Shown piece after piece: positions 56,788-64,000 of a stretch of 64,000 nt of DNA. The stretch lies in assembly GCA_041584015.1 (NCBI GenBank), contig JBFHES010000001.1, positions 2,040 to 66,039 on the forward strand, in the 5' to 3' direction. Each line of letters begins with the position of its first letter. Within the stretch, counting starts at the first letter, position 1. Origin of the DNA: Bacteroidales bacterium. Its GTDB lineage: Bacteria; Bacteroidota; Bacteroidia; Bacteroidales; M50B96. The position numbers and the translations under genes are program-made. The notes below the pieces were generated by a model that saw only the letters and a list, made by a program, of their open reading frames with translations, made no database searches and was not told the DNA's origin.

Positions 56788-58248
56788 CTATTTTAGAATC
56801 TTCTTTACAAATAAGTTTTCCTTAGAACCATTTACGCGCAAGATGTACATTCCTCTTTGTAAGTGACTCACATCGATAACAACCTGAGTTTCCTCCGAGT
56901 TATTCTTCACCTCCCGATCGATAACAATTGAACCTAAGGCATTATATACCCGCAATTGCAGCATTCCAGAGTTAATTTCCGGAATATTTACATGAAGAGT
57001 ATTACTAACCGGATTTGGATAAGCCAGGAACTCCTTGTTTGTTTCTAATTCAGTCATCACATCAAGCATCTGACTTGTAATTTCTACAATAGCAAATAGA
57101 TTTGTAGTTTCGGTGGTGTAAATACTTTTAGTAGCACAGTTAATTGCCAAACCAACATAAAATGTTCCAGGGGTTGAAACAGATGGATAAGGCACATCAA
57201 ACACCGATGTATCATTATTAACACTCACGATTGTCCAAACAATCGATAATCCAGTGGAAGTGTAAAATAAATTTGAAACATAGGCAGTATCTATTATTGG
57301 ATTTACCAAGCAAGTATCAATCAAAGTAAAAGCAGAATCAGTTGCAGCACTAGACCCTAATGAGATAATCGTTGAAGTATTTGCCAAACAGCCATTCGCA
57401 TCTGTAACTTCAACTTCATACGTACCCGGACATAACCCCGAGGCTAATGCTGTTGCTTGCGCATTAGGATCATCCCACAGGTAAGTATATGGAGTTGTGC
57501 CGCCAGCGCCAAAGGCTTCGGCAAGTGCTTCACACATAAAAGCGCCCGACTCATTTGCAAGTACATTCACCAACAATTCTGATGGCTCCGGTACAGCTAT
57601 TATTATTGTTTCTACAACACTCAGCGCGTCAGTAACAGTTACTGCATAACCACCAGCACTTAATCCGGAAATATCCTCTGTAGTTTCGGCTGTTGACCAC
57701 AGATAAGTATAAGGAGCAAGTCCATAAGTCGCTGTTAGATCAATTGCTCCATCACTTAAGCTCATGCAACTTACCGATGTAATATCATACAACAGAGCTG
57801 TATTAGCCCCAATAGAGCTCACAACATAAAGTCCATTAGTTATATAAGTTGTTCCGCTTGCTCCAGGTGTTATTACGGCAGTTGCCTCATGTTCTAAAGT
57901 AGTACTGGCATCCCAGATAACAAAATTAAACTGTTCTCCTGTAGCAAAGCCATTCTTAGGCATTCCTGATTCAGCTCCCCATGCAGTAATAGCCATGGTA
58001 ACACCTGTATATTCTGCATATCCACCGCATTGCAATACGCTGTTATCGTCGTAATAAAAAACGCCGATATAATCACCAACATCAATAGGCACTCCATTTA
58101 GGAAGTAATTTTGAGGCGTAAGTAAACCTAGCGTAGCGTTCACGCCTGTTATGCTATACGACCAGTTTGGCTGGGCATTTAAGCTGGCTAAAGCAGAAAA
58201 GGCTATAAAGCCACTAAGTAGAAGTAATCTCTTGTAAAAGTTGTTCAT
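56788..58248 (-). CDS. T9SS cargo protein, paralog 2 of the tandem triplet
   Basis: Same architecture as paralog 1. In a hand alignment of the N-domain (QPNWSY... to ...WG), 42 of 66 positions are identical. Confidence 0.85.
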   Translation of the reverse strand: MNNFYKRLLLLSGFIAFSALASLNAQPNWSYSITGVNATLGLLTPQNYFLNGVPIDVGDYIGVFYYDDNSVLQCGGYAEYTGVTMAITAWGAESGMPKNGFATGEQFNFVIWDASTTLEHEATAVITPGASGTTYITNGLYVVSSIGANTALLYDITSVSCMSLSDGAIDLTATYGLAPYTYLWSTAETTEDISGLSAGGYAVTVTDALSVVETIIIAVPEPSELLVNVLANESGAFMCEALAEAFGAGGTTPYTYLWDDPNAQATALASGLCPGTYEVEVTDANGCLANTSTIISLGSSAATDSAFTLIDTCLVNPIIDTAYVSNLFYTSTGLSIVWTIVSVNNDTSVFDVPYPSVSTPGTFYVGLAINCATKSIYTTETTNLFAIVEITSQMLDVMTELETNKEFLAYPNPVSNTLHVNIPEINSGMLQLRVYNALGSIVIDREVKNNSEETQVVIDVSHLQRGMYILRVNGSKENLFVKKILK

Positions 58249-58366
58249 AATTAAAATTTTAGTTTAGTTAATATGCCTTCACATCAATAGGAAGACAATA
58301 CGACCTTCCCATTGGTTGCTTAAAAACTCAATTATTTTTCGTGACATGGGTTTAACTTATCCTACC

Positions 58367-58398
58367 AAAAAAAATCTGCCAAAAAACAGGACAGATTT
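58367..58398 (-). terminator. Probable rho-independent terminator of paralog 3
   Basis: Stem aaatctg(cc) / (gg)a-cagattt, preceded on the plus strand by an A-run. Confidence 0.5.
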
Positions 58399-58435
58399 CT
58401 TCCAGGATTACAGAAGCATCCATTTAATATTGAAG

Positions 58436-59899
58436 CTATTTTAATATCTTCTGCACAAACAAACTTTTAGTTTTATTTGAGACGCGAAGGATATACATAC
58501 CATCATATAAGTCGCTAACATCCAGTCCGACCCTTGTTTTGAGCCCCTCTGCCTGCACCTCTTTATCAATTACAACGGATCCGAGCGCATTAAACACTTG
58601 CACTCTCAATAAGCCAAGCTCTGCAGCCGGCAACTCCACATTGAGCAAATTACCAACTGGGTTCGGATAGGCATAAAATTCATTCGCTGTCGCAGATTCG
58701 TCAACCAAACCAAGTATCTGTGGAGTAATTTCAACGACGGCATATAATTGGGTTGTCTCAGTAGTATACATTGATTTAGTAGCACAGTTAATTGCTAGAC
58801 CAATATAGAAAGTACCAGGATTTGTAATACTTGGATATGGCATATCAAACACACCTGTATCAGCCGAAATACTAATTACCGTCCAAACAATCATTAAACC
58901 TGAAGCAGAATAATAAAGCTCCGAAACATAAGCAGTATCAATTACCGGATTAACCAAACAAGTATCAATTAATGTAAAAGCAGAATCAGTAGCTGCAGTA
59001 GAACCTACCGAAATAATGGCCGAAGCATTAGCGCTGCAGCCATTAGCATCTGACACATCAACCATATAAGTGCCAGGACAAAGATTTGTTGCTAAGCTTG
59101 TAGTTTGCAAATTAGGATCATCCCATTGATACACGTACGGATCTGTTCCTCCAGCACCAAAAGCTTCGGCCTGTGCTTCACACATAAATGCATTTGCCTC
59201 ATTGGCGAGTACATTAACAACTAAAGCAGCAGGCTCGGGTACGGTAAGCGAAAGTGTTTCTACAACATTTAAGGCATCGGTAACGGTAACAGAATAGCTA
59301 CCTGCAGCTAATCCAGATACATCTTCAGTTATTGCGCCATTAGACCACAAAAAGGAATATGGTGCCTGACCAAAGATGGCCATCAGATCAATTGCTCCAT
59401 CGCTCAGGCCATTACAGCTAACTGATGTAACATCGGTTAGCAGATTTGTATTAGCATACAGGCTTTCAACAATATAAACATGGTTTGTGACATAGCCTGT
59501 ACCGGAACCATTATTAACGAATGTTGCTACCGCGGGATATTCCTGAGAAGCAGACGCATCCCAAATAAAAAATTTAAATTCCTCTCCCGTATCAAAGCCG
59601 TTTTTTACCGGAGAATTCCATTCCCACCCCCGAGCTGGTATACTAGTAATAGCCCCTTGCCACTCAACATAGCCACCGCATTGCAACACATTGTTATCAT
59701 CATAATAAAATACACCTATATAGTCTCCACTCTCAATGGCCAGCTCATTAATATAACACTCCATCGTATCTAAAAGAATAATTGAGGCATTTGCGCCAGT
59801 ATTATAATACGTCCAATTTGGCTGTGCCTCTATATCTTTTGAACCTAGTAATGTTAGAAGAAGACCGGCGAGTAGAAGGGTTGAATAGAAGTTCTTCAT
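58436..59899 (-). CDS. T9SS cargo protein, paralog 3 of the tandem triplet
   Basis: The start is set at ATG 59899 (MKNFYSTLLLAGLLLTLLGSKDIEAQ), where the signal peptide begins. The track's 42-aa extension runs into the recO start. Architecture matches paralogs 1 and 2. Confidence 0.85.
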   Translation of the reverse strand: MKNFYSTLLLAGLLLTLLGSKDIEAQPNWTYYNTGANASIILLDTMECYINELAIESGDYIGVFYYDDNNVLQCGGYVEWQGAITSIPARGWEWNSPVKNGFDTGEEFKFFIWDASASQEYPAVATFVNNGSGTGYVTNHVYIVESLYANTNLLTDVTSVSCNGLSDGAIDLMAIFGQAPYSFLWSNGAITEDVSGLAAGSYSVTVTDALNVVETLSLTVPEPAALVVNVLANEANAFMCEAQAEAFGAGGTDPYVYQWDDPNLQTTSLATNLCPGTYMVDVSDANGCSANASAIISVGSTAATDSAFTLIDTCLVNPVIDTAYVSELYYSASGLMIVWTVISISADTGVFDMPYPSITNPGTFYIGLAINCATKSMYTTETTQLYAVVEITPQILGLVDESATANEFYAYPNPVGNLLNVELPAAELGLLRVQVFNALGSVVIDKEVQAEGLKTRVGLDVSDLYDGMYILRVSNKTKSLFVQKILK

Positions 59900-60006
59900 A
59901 GTTAAATCAATTTTAGTAGTGTAGTTAATATGCCTCAAATACAAAAAGAAGACAACCTTAAATTGTTTTTGGTTGCTTTTATAAAGCACAAATAATTTTA
60001 ACTGAG

Positions 60007-60014
60007 TACTTTTG
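60007..60014 (+). promoter_or_regulatory. Candidate -7 box TACTTTTG immediately upstream of recO
   Basis: Exact TAnnTTTG match ending 4 nt before the recO ATG. This would imply a leaderless or near-leaderless mRNA. Confidence 0.3.
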
Positions 60015-60018
60015 CGCC

Positions 60019-60750
60019 ATGGCACTCGAAAAGACCAGAGGAATAGTTTTACACCAAATTAAGTATGGCGAGACAAGCATTATTGCTTACCTATATACCG
60101 ATAAATTTGGACGTCAGGCATTTATTGTCAATGGTGCACGAAGCAGGAAGGCAGCTTTAAAGGCAAGCATGTTTCAACCCCTATTGGTTCACAACCTTGA
60201 AATTTACTACAATCAGAAGCGCGATTTACAACGTATCAAAGAATTAAGAAACCTAACGCCTTTTAAAAGTATTCCCTTTGATATTATAAAGAATACCATA
60301 AGTTTGTTTCTTGCCGAGGTGCTGTACCGCTGTTTGCGCGAACAAGAAACTAACGTACAACTATTCGATTATTTATTTAAATCGATTGATTTATTAGATA
60401 ACATTGAAGAAGGCGCTGCCAACTATCATTTGTTCTTTTTAATTAACCTTACCAGATATCTTGGCTTTTATCCAAGCCATAATCTTATACTTAATGCCAA
60501 TTGGTTCGATTTAAAGGAGGGACAATTCACTACAGTTCGCCCCATGCATAGCCATCACATTGATCCCGGAAAAATTGACATTTTCAAAACACTGCTTACA
60601 ACATCAATGGTAGATGCATCCGCATATTCAATAAATAATACCGAGCGCAACTACTTACTCGACAAGATTATTGAATTCTACCAGTTACACTTAGGCAAAT
60701 TCGGCGATATTAAATCGAGCGAAATTCTGAAATCGGTATTTAGCGCATAG
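60019..60750 (+). CDS. recO: DNA repair protein RecO
   Basis: 243 aa with the N-terminal OB-fold signature TRGIVLHQIKYGETSIIAYLYTDKFGRQAF. The size and the position next to era are typical. Confidence 0.8.
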   Translation: MALEKTRGIVLHQIKYGETSIIAYLYTDKFGRQAFIVNGARSRKAALKASMFQPLLVHNLEIYYNQKRDLQRIKELRNLTPFKSIPFDIIKNTISLFLAEVLYRCLREQETNVQLFDYLFKSIDLLDNIEEGAANYHLFFLINLTRYLGFYPSHNLILNANWFDLKEGQFTTVRPMHSHHIDPGKIDIFKTLLTTSMVDASAYSINNTERNYLLDKIIEFYQLHLGKFGDIKSSEILKSVFSA

Positions 60751-60832
60751 TTTGGTCATTACATAAAATTGTTGCTACTAAACTGCTAGTTGATAACTGA
60801 ATTGATACTATCTTCGCAGCAAAATTTTAAGC

Positions 60833-61714
60833 ATGACACACAAATCTGGATTTGTAAATATTATTGGTAATCCGAATGTTGGAAAATCAACATTAATGAA
60901 TACGCTTGTTGGCGAGAAAATCTCCATCATTACCTCAAAATCGCAAACAACACGACACCGAATAATGGGCATTGTTAGTGGCGATGATTTTCAGGTGATC
61001 TACTCAGACACCCCCGGCATACTCAAACCGAATTATAAGCTTCAGGAGAAAATGATGAAGTTTGTAAATACAGCGCTCGACGATGCAGACATTATTTTAT
61101 ATGTAACCGATGTTTACGAGACCATTGATAAAAATCAGAATTTTATTGATAAGATTAAGGCTACCAATATTCCATTGATTCTACTGATTAATAAAGTTGA
61201 TTTATCAACTCAGGATAAAGTAGAAGCATTGGTTGAGAAATGGAAGGAAATTTTCCCTGAAGCAATTATCATCCCTACTTCAGCCTTGATGAAGTTTAAT
61301 ACAGCAGGCGTGTTCGATCGTATTTTAGAGATGCTACCTGAGAGCCCCGCCTATTATCCTAAAACAGATTTATCTGATAAAACGGAACGTTTCTTTGTGC
61401 AGGAAATCATTCGTGAAAAAATCCTAATTCATTACAAAAAAGAACTTCCATACTCAGTGGAGATTGAGGTGGAGGAATTCAAAGAAGAGGAAAGCATTAT
61501 TCGAATTCGCGCTATTATTCATGTAATTCGTGATTCGCAGAAAGGCATTATCATTGGACACAAAGGACAAGCCTTAAAACGTGTTGGCACATTAGCAAGA
61601 AAAGACATGGAAGCCTTTTTTGACAAGAAGGTGTTTATTGAGTTGTATGTAAAAGTAACCAAAGACTGGCGAGACAAAGACACCAATCTGCGTAGCTTTG
61701 GATACGAATCCTAA
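60833..61714 (+). CDS. era: GTPase Era
   Basis: G1 GNPNVGKSTLMN, G3 DTPG, G4 NKVD, and a C-terminal KH domain (IIGHKGQALKRVG). Confidence 0.97.
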   Translation: MTHKSGFVNIIGNPNVGKSTLMNTLVGEKISIITSKSQTTRHRIMGIVSGDDFQVIYSDTPGILKPNYKLQEKMMKFVNTALDDADIILYVTDVYETIDKNQNFIDKIKATNIPLILLINKVDLSTQDKVEALVEKWKEIFPEAIIIPTSALMKFNTAGVFDRILEMLPESPAYYPKTDLSDKTERFFVQEIIREKILIHYKKELPYSVEIEVEEFKEEESIIRIRAIIHVIRDSQKGIIIGHKGQALKRVGTLARKDMEAFFDKKVFIELYVKVTKDWRDKDTNLRSFGYES

Positions 61715-61730
61715 AAAATATTGACAAAAC

Positions 61731-61769
61731 AAAAGGGCAAAACCTCAATTTGAAGTTTTGCCCTTTTTT
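61731..61769. terminator. Bidirectional rho-independent terminator between convergent era and the acyl-CoA synthetase gene
   Basis: Perfect 13-bp stem aaaagggcaaaac / gttttgccctttt with a following T-run. Confidence 0.85.
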
Positions 61770-61790
61770 ATGCTTTCAGGTGTACCCTGA

Positions 61791-63848
61791 TTATTTCTCT
61801 ATTCTAATTCTTGCATCAACAGCAACAACGCTATCCGCCTTTCCTAATAATGGATTCAAGTCCATCTCGAAAATCTCCGGTGCCGTTTCCAATAACAGTG
61901 ATAAACGTACCATTACATCAGCAAACATTTCCTCGTTAATTGGCTCTTGACCGCGAGCACCTTCAAATACGCTATACCCACGTAAACTTTGAATCGTCTC
62001 GATGGCTTCGTCTTTTGAGAAAGGTACCATACAAGCTTTAATGTCTTTCAGTAATTCAATAAAGATACCGCCCAATCCACTCAATACAAGGTGTCCGAAT
62101 TTATCTTCGCGTTTAGCCCCAGCAAACAACTCCATTCCCGACAACATTGGCTGCAGAAGAATGGCAGTTGTGTCTTTGATCTTCATCATGCGATCAAATT
62201 CTTTCTCAACTTGTGTATCAGTTTTCACATTTAGCACCACACCACCCACATCGGATTTATGCACCGGACCAACAACTTTCATCACAACCGGCAAACCTAA
62301 TTCTTTAGCCATAGAAACGGCCTCTTCACGGGTTTTGGCAACAGCCTCGCCAGCTCTTGGAATACCAGCAGCATCAAGTAATCCTTGAACATCTTCCGGT
62401 ACTAAATAACCATTCTCGTTATTATCAATAATTGCTCTTACTTTATCTTCGTCAATTGTTGGAACCTCGCCTTCGTTGAAACAAGGGCGTGGTGTATTTA
62501 ACACATGTACCAATGCTTTGCCAAGTTCAGCTTCGTCGGCAAAGAAGATGCGACCTTTAGCTAAAAACTCATCAATTTCTTCCTTGGCTGTTTTAACAGA
62601 TGGGAGTACCGGATAGATTGGTTTTTTAGCGGTCTTCATTTTCTCATGAAGCATGTCGTAAGCATCAAACACCTTAGACAATCCAGCGGTACCAAAGATC
62701 ACAACCATTCCGTCAATCTCGTCTAGCTCGGTATCAACATAGTCGATAATTTTACCGAGTTGCTCGGCAGAACCTGTTGCTAAGAAATCAATTGGATTCT
62801 CAACCGACGATCCCGGATACAGCTCATCAAGTAACTTACCAGCTCGCTCTTTACCAATATGTGGAATATTCAAACCACCATCTGATAACACATCGGTTAG
62901 CATAACAGCCGGACCACCCGCATGCGTAATAATAGCAATGTTCTTTCCTTTTAATGGTTGATGCATAAATACCGAAGCCACATTGGTTAACTCCTCGCGA
63001 CCATAGCAACGCACGATGCCAGCCTTTTTAAATAATGCATTAACAGCAACATCTGATGTAGCTAAAGCACCTGTATGTGATGAAGCAGCACGACTTCCGG
63101 CTTCTGAACCACCTGCCTTGATTGCAGCAATCTTACAACCTTTGGCTATTAGCGAAGTAGCACTCTTAAGCAATTTTTGTGGCTTCGTAATAGTTTCAAT
63201 ATAAAGCAACTTTACCTTCGGGCTTTTCTTTGGATCAAAGGTCTGATCCATGTATTCCAGTACTTCCTCAACGCCTAACTGCGCGCTGTTACCAACTGAG
63301 AAAACACGTGCAAATGGTAATCCTTTGGGGATACCTGCTTCCATAATAAAACAAGCCGTAGCTCCGGATCCGGAAATAAAATCACATCCTTTAAGATCCA
63401 GTTTTGGAATCGGGCTTGTAAATACACCATGGTATTCCGGAGATAAAGCACCAATACAGTTTGGTCCAATCAATGAACCTTCAACACTATCAATTACTTT
63501 CACAATCTGTTGCTCAAGCAGTTTACCTTCTTCGCTTTCTTCGCTAAAGCCGGCAGATAGAATGATAAAGCCTTTAGTATTTTTCTTATATGCTAATATT
63601 TCAACAGTTTCGAGAACGTACTTTGCAGCAACGGCAATAATGGCTGTATCAACAAAAGGAAGCTCTTTAACATTCTTAAAACTAGAAACGCCTTGCACTT
63701 CAGTTTCCTTTGGATTAACCACAAAAAGGTCGCCTTTGAATTTACCTTCAATAATATTCTTAAGCACCTTACCGCCTGGCTTTCTCAAATCATTTGAACC
63801 ACCAATGATACCAATGCTTTCAGGGAATAATAATTTTTTATTAATCAT
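61791..63848 (-). CDS. ADP-forming acetyl-CoA (acyl-CoA) synthetase, fused alpha-beta form
   Basis: 685 aa. N-terminal CoA-binding domain (IGIIGGSNDLRKPGG) and succinyl-CoA-synthetase-like domains with the phosphohistidine loop GSRAASSHTGALA. The C-terminal ATP-grasp domain has LGLPVVMKVVGPVHKSDVGGV. Confidence 0.88.
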   Translation of the reverse strand: MINKKLLFPESIGIIGGSNDLRKPGGKVLKNIIEGKFKGDLFVVNPKETEVQGVSSFKNVKELPFVDTAIIAVAAKYVLETVEILAYKKNTKGFIILSAGFSEESEEGKLLEQQIVKVIDSVEGSLIGPNCIGALSPEYHGVFTSPIPKLDLKGCDFISGSGATACFIMEAGIPKGLPFARVFSVGNSAQLGVEEVLEYMDQTFDPKKSPKVKLLYIETITKPQKLLKSATSLIAKGCKIAAIKAGGSEAGSRAASSHTGALATSDVAVNALFKKAGIVRCYGREELTNVASVFMHQPLKGKNIAIITHAGGPAVMLTDVLSDGGLNIPHIGKERAGKLLDELYPGSSVENPIDFLATGSAEQLGKIIDYVDTELDEIDGMVVIFGTAGLSKVFDAYDMLHEKMKTAKKPIYPVLPSVKTAKEEIDEFLAKGRIFFADEAELGKALVHVLNTPRPCFNEGEVPTIDEDKVRAIIDNNENGYLVPEDVQGLLDAAGIPRAGEAVAKTREEAVSMAKELGLPVVMKVVGPVHKSDVGGVVLNVKTDTQVEKEFDRMMKIKDTTAILLQPMLSGMELFAGAKREDKFGHLVLSGLGGIFIELLKDIKACMVPFSKDEAIETIQSLRGYSVFEGARGQEPINEEMFADVMVRLSLLLETAPEIFEMDLNPLLGKADSVVAVDARIRIEK

Positions 63849-64000
63849 TTCAATAGACTTCTTTAGTTTACCTAGGCAAAATTAAAACTCTCTTAAAATT
63901 AATTGGTGCTCTAAAACATGACAAAAGTAAGTTATGGAGCATATTGATAAAAGTTTAAAACCTTGTGAAAAAGAAATTAAGCTCAGTGCCAAAAATCATT

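Larger units (their letters stand above)
55147..59899 (-). repeat. Tandem array of three about 1.46-kb paralogous genes, each with its own terminator and a related upstream leader
   Basis: The three ORFs are 485, 486 and 487 aa, collinear, and separated by 183- and 187-bp spacers. Confidence 0.85.

Noticed and set aside
59900-60025. 42-aa N-terminal extension of paralog 3 in the ORF track (start at 60025)
   Set aside because: The extension overlaps the recO start and promoter region and precedes an obvious signal peptide that begins at the ATG at 59899. Paralogs 1 and 2 start at the equivalent Met.
63250-63885. 211-aa plus-strand ORF in the track
   Set aside because: It lies almost entirely antisense within the 685-aa ADP-forming acyl-CoA synthetase gene, which has strong family motifs. 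The translation is Ser/Thr/Pro-rich low complexity, typical of a shadow frame.
1-64000. Search by eye for CRISPR arrays, tRNA/rRNA/tmRNA/RNase P, transposases, integrases, restriction-modification, toxin-antitoxin or other known defence genes
   Set aside because: I saw no regularly spaced direct repeats, no T-loop (GGTTCGAAT-like) or RNase P/tmRNA signatures in the ORF-free gaps, and no translation with recombinase, nuclease or ATPase defence hallmarks. This was visual inspection only, so a covariance-model scan could still find small RNAs.

Overview
This is a 64-kb chromosomal segment from a low-GC Bacteroidota genome. The lineage call rests on the lpxD / lpxC-fabZ fusion / lpxA cluster, a MurF-Alr fusion, seven secreted proteins with T9SS C-terminal sorting domains, and TAnnTTTG-type -7 boxes close to start codons. 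I call about 50 protein genes. They include housekeeping genes (recA, bcp, cspA-like, recO, era, lipid A, murein and LPS-core glycosyltransferases) and an anaerobic energy set (korAB 2-oxoacid:ferredoxin oxidoreductase, a three-gene [FeFe]-hydrogenase operon, ADP-forming acetyl-CoA synthetase, methionine gamma-lyase-like enzyme). There are also envelope proteins (OmpA-family, AsmA-family, TPR lipoprotein, S9 and M1 peptidases) and many T9SS cargo proteins. I recognised no rRNA, tRNA, CRISPR array, transposase, integrase or classical defence gene. The best candidates for an undescribed system are listed here. (1) A tightly packed four-gene operon at 13479-17035: a stand-alone CarH-type (Wx9EH) B12 photosensor module, an unknown helical protein, a soluble histidine kinase and a REC-kinase hybrid, with no DNA-binding output. 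(2) A tandem triplication of T9SS cargo genes at 55147-59899 that share an N-terminal domain I cannot assign. (3) An [FeFe]-hydrogenase operon whose NuoE-like subunit has lost three of its four [2Fe-2S] cysteine ligands. Secondary oddities are a BacNaV-like channel with a TMEGW filter, a tandem class II aldolase-fold protein lacking the metal ligands, a Tat-signal pirin, a diverged intergenic repeat with several stem-loops, and an unannotated 34-aa lysine-rich ORF. All homology statements come from reading the translations. No database search was run.
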